NCBI GenBank assembly: GCA_033762915.1
Contig: JANRLD010000007.1
Coordinates: forward strand, 58,822 to 122,821
DNA length: 64,000 bases
Origin: Meiothermus sp.
Lineage (GTDB): Bacteria > Deinococcota > Deinococci > Deinococcales > Thermaceae
Direction: 5' to 3'
Positions 19,200 through 28,318 of this stretch are shown piece after piece. Under the pieces are notes generated by a model. It saw nothing but the letters and a program-made list of their open reading frames with translations. It had not been told where the DNA came from and ran no database searches. A program made the translations under genes and the position numbers. Position 1 is the first letter of the stretch. Each line of letters begins with the position of its first letter.

Positions 19200-19308
19200 T
19201 AAGTGTCCCGATAGTTGAACTGCGAGAAGGCGCACCGAAACGCCCGTAGGGAGTACGCCAGGAACGTCAGTGTTGCACCCTCTGGTGGCGCAGATTCACC
19301 CTGGCTTA
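19200..19308. mobile_element. Short diverged copy of the TAAGTGTC miniature element family
   Basis: Begins TAAGTGTCCCGATAGTTG..TGCGA and ends ACCCTGGCTTA; aligns with 46804..46960. Confidence 0.55.
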
Positions 19309-19402
19309 GTGGGGGAAGGTTGAAGGCCGGGAGGTTGCCGGTCGCAGGGTTGCGCCTTGGGCTTTCGGCGGCTGATTCCAGCCCTCTGCCCCCACCTCCG
19401 TA

Positions 19403-20606
<1,204 letters not shown>

Positions 20607-20746
20607 GAGTCAGAGGAAGGCGGTCAGTGAGAATCAAAACCACTCTTTTTGCCTTCACTGTCCGCTGACCACTCACCACTGGCCTCTCTAAACTGCCGAG
20701 TTGAAAGCTGCCGAATACCTCCAAACCCACGCAAGGAGCCGTACCC

Positions 20747-23134
20747 ATGAAAATCGTCTATAGCTGGCTCAGAGAATTTCTGCCCGAAGCGCCTAGCCCG
20801 GAGCGCCTCGAGGAGCTACTGGCGGGCCTGGGGCACGAGGCGGAGAACATCCAGCACCTCGGCTCGCCCGACGGCAAGATCGTGTTCGCTCGAGTGCTGT
20901 CGGTCGAGGCCATCGAGGGCGCGGAAGTGCGAAGGGTCGTCCTCGACATCGGGCGCGAGGTGCAGGTGGTCTCCGGCGCCCCCAACGTAAGGGCCGGGAT
21001 GGGGGTCGTGCTGGCGCTGCCGGGCGCGACCCTGCCCAACGGGATGACGCTTACCGCCCGCAAGATGGTGGGCCTCGAGTCCTACGGGATGGCCCTGTCG
21101 CCCAAGGAGCTGGGCGTGGGCGAGTTCGGCGGGGGGCTGATGGAGCTTCACGCCGACTCGCTGCCGCCCGGAACGCCGCTGGCCGAGGCCTGGCTGCCGG
21201 AGAGCGTCTTCGACCTCGAGATCACCCCCAACCGCCCCGATGTGCTCTCGCACTACGGCCTGGCTCGGGACCTGGCCGCGCTGGGCATGACCCTGATGCC
21301 CCCCGACCCGCGGCCCAAGGGTCTGGACATCCCGGTGCCGTACAAGGTTTGGATTGAAGACACCCAGGGCTGCGACCGCTTCACCCTCAGCTGCGCCCGT
21401 GGCATCACCATCGCCCCCTCCCCGCTGGCGGCCCAGCAGCGGCTCTACGCGGCGGGCATGCGCCCCATCTCCAACATTGTCGACGCCACCAACTACGTCA
21501 TGCTCGAGCTGGGCAACCCCATGCACGCCTACGATGGCGGCTACATCAAGGACGGCCTCTACGTGCGTCGGGCCCGGCCCGGCGAAGGCCTCACCACCCT
21601 GGACGGCGTGGAGCGCAAGGTGGACGGGCGCGACCTGCTGATCTGCGTTCGCGACGGCTCCGAGACCCGCGCCGCGGGCCTCGCGGGCATCATGGGCGGG
21701 GCCGACGACGAGATTCGAGAGACCACCACTGAGGTGGCCCTCGAGGTAGCCCACTTCGACCCGGTGAGCGTGCGCCTGACCGCCCGCCGCCAGGGCCTCA
21801 AGACTGAGGCCTCATACCGCTTCGAGCGCGGGGTGGACTGGGACGGCCAGTTGGTGGCGGCGCGGCGCTTTCTCGAGCTGGCCCAGTTGTGGGCGGGCGC
21901 GGAGGTTTCGGAACATCAGCTCGACCTCGACCACGTCCAGCGCCCCGAGCCGATCTCCTTCCGCCCCGACTACACCAACCGCCTGGTGGGCTTCGAGACC
22001 CCGGTGAGCGCCGCCGACCAGCTCGAGATTCTGCGCAGCCTGGGCTGCCGCACCGAGGAGGCCCCCCGCCGCTTCAAGGTGCACGGCAAGAATCAGGAGG
22101 AAGAGGCTTACCTGGTCACCCCGCCCAGCCACCGCATCGCCGACCTGAACATCGAGGAAGACCTGGTGGAGGAGGTGGCTCGAGTCATCGGCTACGACAA
22201 GCTGCCCAACACCCTCCCGGCCTTCTTCCCCGCGCCGGACAACATCGGCGTGGAGGCCGGCTACCTCGCCAAGGAGCGGCTAAAGGCGGTGCTCGAGGGG
22301 CTGGGCTTCCAGGAGGTGGTCAACTATAGCTGGACTTCGGCGGAAGAACTCGCCAAGTACCGTGCCCCGGCCCCCACGGTGGACTTCCAGAATCCCCAAG
22401 CCTCCGACAAAACCCACCTCCGCACCGCCCTGTATCCGGGCCTGCTGCACAACCTCGAGGTCAACCAGGTCCAGGGCGAGGCGGGGCCGTTCCTGTTCTT
22501 CGAGATCGGCAACATCTTCCACGGCAGCGAGACCACCTGCGTCGCGCTGATGCTGTGCGGCGAGAGCGTGACCGGACGCTGGCAGCCGGGTCTGGGCGGC
22601 GGGTTTTATGCGCTGAAGGGGCTCTTGGAGGCTGCCGCACTGCAACTGGGCGCACAGGTGAAAGTTGAGAAAGAGGACTTTGGCCACCTGCACCCCGGCG
22701 TTTCTGGCGCCGTAGTTTGGAATGGTCAGAAGGTTGGCTCTATTGGTCAGGTTCACCCCGCCGTACTGGCCTCTGCCGAACTGCCCACCGCCTACGTGGC
22801 CGAACTCGAGTTCCCCCTGCCCGAGGGCCACATCCCCTTCAAGGACATCGCCCGCTTCCCAGCCTCGCTGCGCGATGTGGCGGTGCTGGTTCCCGAGCGG
22901 GCCACCTACGCTGAGGTTGAGGCTCTGATTCGCGGCAACGCGGGGGGGCTGCTCGAGGAGCTAGAAATCTTCGACATTTACCGGGGCAGGCCGCTAGAGC
23001 CGGGCCAGAAGAGCTTGGCCTTCCACCTGACCTTCCGCCACCCCGAACGCACCCTGACCGACACCGAGACCGACGGCTTCATGCAGGCGGTGATCGGGGC
23101 GATTGAGGGCGCGGGCTACGCGATTCGGAAGTAA
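20747..23134 (+). CDS. pheT: Phenylalanine--tRNA ligase beta subunit
   Basis: EITPNRPD, NIVDATNYVMLELGNPMHAYD, TEASYRFERG, EEDLVEEVARVIGYD and a C-terminal FDX-ACB domain. Confidence 0.97.
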   Translation: MKIVYSWLREFLPEAPSPERLEELLAGLGHEAENIQHLGSPDGKIVFARVLSVEAIEGAEVRRVVLDIGREVQVVSGAPNVRAGMGVVLALPGATLPNGMTLTARKMVGLESYGMALSPKELGVGEFGGGLMELHADSLPPGTPLAEAWLPESVFDLEITPNRPDVLSHYGLARDLAALGMTLMPPDPRPKGLDIPVPYKVWIEDTQGCDRFTLSCARGITIAPSPLAAQQRLYAAGMRPISNIVDATNYVMLELGNPMHAYDGGYIKDGLYVRRARPGEGLTTLDGVERKVDGRDLLICVRDGSETRAAGLAGIMGGADDEIRETTTEVALEVAHFDPVSVRLTARRQGLKTEASYRFERGVDWDGQLVAARRFLELAQLWAGAEVSEHQLDLDHVQRPEPISFRPDYTNRLVGFETPVSAADQLEILRSLGCRTEEAPRRFKVHGKNQEEEAYLVTPPSHRIADLNIEEDLVEEVARVIGYDKLPNTLPAFFPAPDNIGVEAGYLAKERLKAVLEGLGFQEVVNYSWTSAEELAKYRAPAPTVDFQNPQASDKTHLRTALYPGLLHNLEVNQVQGEAGPFLFFEIGNIFHGSETTCVALMLCGESVTGRWQPGLGGGFYALKGLLEAAALQLGAQVKVEKEDFGHLHPGVSGAVVWNGQKVGSIGQVHPAVLASAELPTAYVAELEFPLPEGHIPFKDIARFPASLRDVAVLVPERATYAEVEALIRGNAGGLLEELEIFDIYRGRPLEPGQKSLAFHLTFRHPERTLTDTETDGFMQAVIGAIEGAGYAIRK

Positions 23135-23152
23135 GCCCAAATCGGCACCTTG

Positions 23153-23178
23153 CGCCGGGAGTCCCCGTACTCCCGGCG
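23153..23178 (+). terminator. Hairpin after pheT
   Basis: CGCCGGGAGT-ccccgt-ACTCCCGGCG; no U-tract. Confidence 0.45.
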
Positions 23179-23259
23179 GTCCCTCAGTCAGGTGCACGGG
23201 AAGTTGGCCCAGGCCCTCGAAGGGAACTCCTCCGTACAGCGCATTGGTGTCAATTGCTG

Positions 23260-23484
23260 TCACTTGGCCTGGGGCCCAAGCCACAGGGATTCTTCCGACG
23301 GCCTTACCCGGCGCAGCTCGAGCCGCATACGCCACCACAGTCGCAGCCAATTAAAGCCCCTGGCCTGGGCCAGCCGGGGCGTGTACTCGGCCCGGATCAT
23401 CTGGCTCTGCTCGAGGCACCGCCGCTGGAATTCCTGATCGCTCTCCAGACGTTTTCTGCCGTCCTAGACGAAATATTGTCTCAC
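23260..23484 (-). pseudogene. Small hypothetical gene interrupted by an in-frame TAG
   Basis: GTG AGA CAA TAT TTC GTC TAG GAC GGC...: MRQYFV*DGRKRLESDQEFQRRCLEQSQMIRAEYTPRLAQARGFNWLRLWWRMRLELRRVRPSEESLWLGPQAK; GGTGA RBS-like site; absent from the ORF track. Confidence 0.5.
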
Positions 23485-23511
23485 GGCATCACCCGTTTAA
23501 GGGTAGCACAC

Positions 23512-24138
23512 CTAGCCTTTTCCTTCCGCGTGGCGCTGCTGGTACAGCTCGAGCAGGGCCTGGTAGTGCTCGATGGACAGTCTGGGCTGGTCGTAGAAGC
23601 CGGCCTCGAGCCGCTGCCTTTGCGCCTCGAACAGCACTACGGCGGCGGCCACCGATACATTCAGGCTCTGGACCATGCCGAACATCGGGACGATGATGTG
23701 ACCGTCCGCCGAGTTCGCCGCCTCCTCCGACACGCCCCACTTCTCGGCCCCCAGCAGGATGCAACTGGGCCGGGTGTAGTCCACCGTGCGGTAGTCCACT
23801 GCGCTTTCGGAGAGGTGGGCGGCGTAGACCTTGAACCCTCGAGCCCTGAGGTGCCCGAAGGCGTCGGCGGTGGTCTTGTGGGTTTGTAGAAATACCCATT
23901 TGGCCGCCGAGGCCGAGGTGTCGTTGAAGGTGCGGCCTTGGAGGCTTAGGTCCTCCTCGAGGCTGGGCAGGCCCTTGTTGGGCGGCACGGCGTGGGCCTC
24001 GAGCACCCCCACCGCGTCGCAAGTGCGCAGGATGGCCGAGAGGTTGTGCGGCTTGTTGACTGATTCCATCAGCACAGTCAGGTCGGGCTGCCGCCGGTCG
24101 AGCAGGGCCTTGATTTTGGCGAGGCGTTCTTCGGTCAC
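23512..24138 (-). CDS. trmH: tRNA (guanosine(18)-2'-O)-methyltransferase
   Basis: [38 protein letters not shown] and [14 protein letters not shown] motifs. Confidence 0.93.
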   Translation of the reverse strand: MTEERLAKIKALLDRRQPDLTVLMESVNKPHNLSAILRTCDAVGVLEAHAVPPNKGLPSLEEDLSLQGRTFNDTSASAAKWVFLQTHKTTADAFGHLRARGFKVYAAHLSESAVDYRTVDYTRPSCILLGAEKWGVSEEAANSADGHIIVPMFGMVQSLNVSVAAAVVLFEAQRQRLEAGFYDQPRLSIEHYQALLELYQQRHAEGKG

Positions 24139-24146
24139 GGCGCTAC

Positions 24147-24156
24147 AGTTTACAAT
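24147..24156. promoter_or_regulatory. Overlapping back-to-back -10 boxes for two divergent leaderless genes
   Basis: AGTTTACAAT contains TACAAT (+, 6 nt before ATG 24163) and TAAACT (-, 8 nt before GTG 24138). Confidence 0.65.
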
Positions 24157-24162
24157 CCCCCC

Positions 24163-25122
24163 ATGAACGCCATCGTCGTACGGCAGCACGGCGGCCCCGA
24201 GGTTTTGGAGTGGCTCGAGACCCCCGACCCGGTTCCCGGTGCGGGAGAGGTGCTGGTTCGCACCACCCTAACCGGCCTCAACTTCGCCGACCTGCAGTCG
24301 CGGCGCGGCGGCTACGATGCGGGCGGGGCGTTGCCGTTCACCCCTGGCTTGGACGTTGTGGGGATAGTCGAGGCTGTGGGGGAGGGGGTGAGTCTGCCGA
24401 TCGGGCAGAGGGTGGTGGCCTTCGCGGCGGCGGGCTCGTATGCAGAAAAGGTGCTGGCCAAGGCAGTGCTGACCTACCCGATTCCCGATGCCCTTTCCGA
24501 CGAGCAGGTCTCCGGCCTGACCGCGCTGGTGACGGCCTATAACCTGCTCCACTGGGCGGCCAGGGTACAGCGTGGTGAGACCGTACTGATTCACGCTGCG
24601 GCCGGGGGCGTGGGCGGTCTGGCGGTGCAGATGGCCAAGGCCTTTGGGGCGAGGGTGATGGGGACGGCAGGAACTGAGGACAAGCTCGAGTACATCCGCA
24701 GCCTCGGGGCCGACCACGCCTTTACCTATGAGGGTTTTCCGCAGAAGGTTTTGCAGGTTGCCAAGGCCGGAGCTGACGTGATCCTCGACTCGCTATCGGG
24801 CGAAACCTTCAACCTCGGCCTGACCTGTCTGGCCCCCTTCGGCCGAATGGTGGTCTATGGCCACGCCGGCGGCGAGGCCGGAACCTTCGATACCCGTCCG
24901 TTGCACCGCCAGACCAAGGCCGTGATCGGCTATAGCAGCGGGCACTACCGGCGCTCGAGACCCGAGCTGCTGCGCCCGACGGTAGAGGCGGTGTTCGGGT
25001 TGCTGGAGCGGGGCGAGGTGCGGCTCGAGGTGGGCGCACGCTTCAAGCTGTCAGAGGCCGCCCAGGCCCATGCCCTGATGGAGAACCGCCAGAGCCGGGG
25101 CAAACTTCTGCTGTATCCCTGA
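24163..25122 (+). CDS. NADPH:quinone oxidoreductase (MDR family)
   Basis: [29 protein letters not shown] and RQSRGKLLL motifs. Confidence 0.9.
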   Translation: MNAIVVRQHGGPEVLEWLETPDPVPGAGEVLVRTTLTGLNFADLQSRRGGYDAGGALPFTPGLDVVGIVEAVGEGVSLPIGQRVVAFAAAGSYAEKVLAKAVLTYPIPDALSDEQVSGLTALVTAYNLLHWAARVQRGETVLIHAAAGGVGGLAVQMAKAFGARVMGTAGTEDKLEYIRSLGADHAFTYEGFPQKVLQVAKAGADVILDSLSGETFNLGLTCLAPFGRMVVYGHAGGEAGTFDTRPLHRQTKAVIGYSSGHYRRSRPELLRPTVEAVFGLLERGEVRLEVGARFKLSEAAQAHALMENRQSRGKLLLYP

Positions 25123-25123
25123 A

Positions 25124-25154
25124 TGAGAACGCCGCCCATCGGGCGGCGTTCTCA
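25124..25154. terminator. Hairpin between the convergent qor gene and the tRNA
   Basis: 14-bp perfect stem TGAGAACGCCGCCC-atc-GGGCGGCGTTCTCA. Confidence 0.75.
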
Positions 25155-25158
25155 CCTC

Positions 25159-25232
25159 TGGCTGGGGCACGTGGATTCGAACCACGATTGACGGATCCAG
25201 AGACCGTAGTCCTGCCATTAGACGATGCCCCA
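25159..25232 (-). tRNA. tRNA-Gln (anticodon CTG)
   Basis: TGGGGCATCGTCTAATGGCAGGACTACGGTCTCTGGATCCGTCAATCGTGGTTCGAATCCACGTGCCCCAGCCA: cloverleaf, GTTCGAATC T-loop, encoded CCA. Confidence 0.95.
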
Positions 25233-25250
25233 ACGGCCAGACAACTGGCT

Positions 25251-25279
25251 ATAGTACATAAGGAACGGCCCGCTGACAA
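25251..25279 (-). promoter_or_regulatory. Sigma70 promoter of tRNA-Gln
   Basis: TTGTCA-17 nt-TACTAT, with an extended -10 TG just upstream. Confidence 0.8.
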
Positions 25280-25303
25280 GGGTTCAGACTGGCCCCGGCC
25301 AGT

Positions 25304-26320
25304 CTAGACGGGCGAGTAACGCCCTCCGCGCAGCTCCTGCACCAGCCCCTTGAGCTGCAAGAGCATCAGGGTAGAGAGGGTCTCGGCTGGCCCAGAGCCC
25401 ACCGTGAGGGCCAGGTCGTCGGGCAGCGATTCGGGCATCTCCAGCAGGGCCTTGTACAGCTTGGCCTCGAGGCCCTCGAGCTGTACCGCCTCGCGCTTTG
25501 GGGCGCTGATCCCGAAGGCGCTGAGGATGTCGGCGGTGTCCATCACCAGGCCCGCACCGTCTTGGATCAGCCGGTTGCAGCCCAGAGAGCCGGTATCGCC
25601 GGGGCGGCCCGGCACCGCCAGCACGTCGCGGCCGAGCTCGAGGGCGTGCCGGGCAGTGATCAGCGAGCCCGACTTTTCCCCGGCCTCCACCACCAGCACT
25701 GCTTTGCTCAGCGCCGCCACGATGCGGTTGCGGCGCGGGAACAGCCCGGCCTGCGGGCTGGTGCCCAGCGGGAACTCCGAGAGCACGCTCATGGAGTCGG
25801 CCAGAAGGCGGTTCTGGGCCGGATAAAACTTGTCCAGTGCACTGCCCAGCACGCCCAGCGTGTAGCCGCCCCCCTCGAGCGCCCCCCGGTGCGAGGCGGT
25901 GTCGATGCCCAACGCCAGCCCGGAAATGACCCCCAGTCCGGCTTCAGCCAGTTCGCGGGAGACTTTGTGGGTCCAGCTCAGTGCCCACTGGCTGGCCTTG
26001 CGGGTGCCCACCACGCCGATGTTGCGCCCAGTCGGGGGCAGCTCGCCCTTGAGGTAGAGAAGCGTTGGGGGGCTCTCGAGGTGCCTCAGCGTCTCGGGGT
26101 AGGCCTCGTCCCAGTACCCGACGATGCGGGCACCCAGCTTGGCGGCCTGCTCGAGTTCCTTCTCGGCGGTCTGCTCGCGCAGGACCTTCCGGTAGGCGGT
26201 GCCGATCTCGAGTCCCAGCACCTCCTCGACGGCTTCCGGGCTGTGGTCGCGGTGCGTTAAGAGGGCTTGCAGCCGGCGGATGCCGATGTTGGGGGTCAGG
26301 GCCAGGGCGAGCGGGGTCAT
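25304..26320 (-). CDS. dprA: DNA-processing protein DprA
   Basis: YPETL, VVGTRKAS, ISGLALGID..SH, EFPLGT..FPRRNRIVAALS, VVEAGEKSGSLITA and GCNRLIQDGA motifs. Confidence 0.95.
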   Translation of the reverse strand: MTPLALALTPNIGIRRLQALLTHRDHSPEAVEEVLGLEIGTAYRKVLREQTAEKELEQAAKLGARIVGYWDEAYPETLRHLESPPTLLYLKGELPPTGRNIGVVGTRKASQWALSWTHKVSRELAEAGLGVISGLALGIDTASHRGALEGGGYTLGVLGSALDKFYPAQNRLLADSMSVLSEFPLGTSPQAGLFPRRNRIVAALSKAVLVVEAGEKSGSLITARHALELGRDVLAVPGRPGDTGSLGCNRLIQDGAGLVMDTADILSAFGISAPKREAVQLEGLEAKLYKALLEMPESLPDDLALTVGSGPAETLSTLMLLQLKGLVQELRGGRYSPV

Positions 26321-26431
26321 GGGGTCTCCGGGAAGCCGCCCTATCTTAACCGGTATGGTTCCAGGCCGGCATAACCAGATCGGTCCAGCGCAAGGCTTAA
26401 CGCCGGCCGTAATGGGATTGCAGTTGCGCCA

Positions 26432-26696
26432 CAAGTTGCGCCAAGGTAGAAGTGCGGAATCGGCGGATACGGCAAATGCGTGCCTGGGCGAAGTGGCATG
26501 CGCCATAGCCGCAGAGCGGCTACCCGGGGCGCAATTCCCTGCGGGAGCTGGCGGGCGATAGTTCGCACTGCAACTATGGAGACACTTGGTGAGTTTGCGA
26601 AACCCTCCACGCGACAGGGGCGGCGAGCGGCTTACCGGCGCAATTCCCCAACGGGCTGCCGGGCAGCAGTTCGCATATGAGCTATGCAGACACTTG
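26432..26696. mobile_element. TAAGTGTC-family miniature element (26432-26588) plus a degenerate partial tandem copy (to 26696)
   Basis: 26432-26588 is a close reverse complement of 46804-46960; GAGCGGCT..CGCAATTCCC..AGTTCGCA..CTATG.AGACACTTG repeats at about 26625-26696. Confidence 0.8.
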
Positions 26697-26703
26697 CGAC
26701 GCC

Positions 26704-28200
26704 CTATTCCAGGATCTGGATGTGCTCGAAGTTGCGGTCCGAGGCCCCCTTCAGGATGCCCCCCTGCCGCCGCACGGCCTGCAAGAACTCTACGCACTCC
26801 CGCGTGATCTCCTCCCCGCCCACGATCACCGCCGAGCCGGGGGGGTAGGCCGAAATGGTCTCGGCGGACACGTGGCCGATGGCCTCCTCGAGGGCCAGCG
26901 TCTTGCGGGGGCGGTGGTGCATGGCGGCGCGGGGGCGGTGGCGCATAGGGGGGAGGGGAGGCAGCTCGAGGCGGGGCTGCTTGAAGTGCCCGTCGGCGCT
27001 CTCGGCGATGAGCTGGAGGGCCTTGACCACCCGGCGCACCACCCTCGCATCGTCCACGAAGGTGAACATCAGCAGCACGTTCTGGAAGGTGGCCAGCTCG
27101 ACATAGATCTGGAACTTCTCGGCCAGCAGGTCGGCCACCTCGAAGCCGCTCAGGCCCAGCCCCGACACATCGACGGTCAGGCGCAGCGGGTCGAGGGCGA
27201 AGAAGCCGGGGCGCTGGCACTCGATGCCGAAGCAGCTCAGGCCGCGGGTGGCGTTCAGCTCGGCCCGGGCCCAGTCGCAGGCCTCCATGGCCTGGCCGAT
27301 CAGCTGCCGCCCCTGCTTCTCGAGCTGCAGCACCCCCAGCACCAGCGACTGCAGGATGATAAAGCTGAAGCTGGTGCTCACAAAGCCGCCCAGGTTGACC
27401 CACTCGTAGAAGGGGGCCTCAAGGCTGGTGTCGTTGAACAGGGCCAGCGAGCCCTGCGAGAGGGTGGAGCAGGTCTTGTGCTGGCTCTGCGTCACGATGG
27501 CGGCGCTGGTTTGCTCGGCCGAGAGGGGCAGCTCGGGGTGGAAGCGGTAGTAGGCCCCGTGGGCCGAGTCCACGATCAGCCGCACCCCCCGGCCCTCGAG
27601 GAACCTCCCGCAGGCTGCGATGTCGGTGGCGATGCCGTAGTAGTTGGGGTAGGTCAGGAAGACTGCCTTGATGTCGGGGTGGGCGTTCAGGGCCTTCTCC
27701 AGACGATCGACGGTCATGCCCAGGGGGATGCCCAGGTCCTTGGCGTAATTGGGCTCGAGGTAGACCGGCACCAGCCCCTGGTGGATGATGGCCGAGTAGA
27801 CCGAGACGTGGCTGTCGCGCTGCAACAGCACCTTGTCGCCGGGGTCGGTACAGCACATCAGGGCCATGATGTTGAGGATCGAGGTGCCGTTGGTGGAGGG
27901 CCAGGCAAACTTGACCCCGTAGGTCTGGGCCAGGTAGTCCTGGGTGCGGCCCAGGGCGGTTTCGGGGTCGCGGGCAAAGAGCGAGCCGAGCTCGAGGACG
28001 CTCATAGAGTGGTCGTAGCGCCCGACCTTCTCGAAGTCGTCGAGCATCTGGAGGTAGCCCTTGGGCAGGTTGGGCTCGAACCACAGGGCCTGCTCAAGGA
28101 GCGTGAACCCCTTGCCCATGCGGTGGCCGGGGGTACAGCACTCGATCACATCGTCTTGCAGCGCGAGCTGGGTCTCGGTAAGGGCGAAGCCGCGTTTCAC
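26704..28200 (-). CDS. PLP-dependent Orn/Lys/Arg decarboxylase-like protein (YaaO/SpeA class)
   Basis: TPGH, TNGTS, QRDSHVS, TYPNYYG, VDSAHGA, QSQHKT and AYPPGSAVIVGGE motifs; GTG 6 nt after TAGAAT. Confidence 0.85.
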   Translation of the reverse strand: MKRGFALTETQLALQDDVIECCTPGHRMGKGFTLLEQALWFEPNLPKGYLQMLDDFEKVGRYDHSMSVLELGSLFARDPETALGRTQDYLAQTYGVKFAWPSTNGTSILNIMALMCCTDPGDKVLLQRDSHVSVYSAIIHQGLVPVYLEPNYAKDLGIPLGMTVDRLEKALNAHPDIKAVFLTYPNYYGIATDIAACGRFLEGRGVRLIVDSAHGAYYRFHPELPLSAEQTSAAIVTQSQHKTCSTLSQGSLALFNDTSLEAPFYEWVNLGGFVSTSFSFIILQSLVLGVLQLEKQGRQLIGQAMEACDWARAELNATRGLSCFGIECQRPGFFALDPLRLTVDVSGLGLSGFEVADLLAEKFQIYVELATFQNVLLMFTFVDDARVVRRVVKALQLIAESADGHFKQPRLELPPLPPMRHRPRAAMHHRPRKTLALEEAIGHVSAETISAYPPGSAVIVGGEEITRECVEFLQAVRRQGGILKGASDRNFEHIQILE

Positions 28201-28318
28201 CAGGCTATTCTACGGGGCGGGCTCGAGGGCGAAGGTTTGGGGGCTTCGTACCCGCGCTCTTTGAATAGTCGTATTACCGCCACTTTCGCTTCGCCGTTCA
28301 TGAGATACAATCCCCAGC

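Noticed and set aside
25159..25232. tRNA-Gln as an island integration site
   Set aside because: No integrase and no duplicated tRNA 3' end were seen; the flanks are housekeeping genes.
25304..27403. 699-aa extended DprA from the ORF track
   Set aside because: The extension runs through a non-coding repeat and an off-frame of the decarboxylase gene; DprA homology starts at about 26320.
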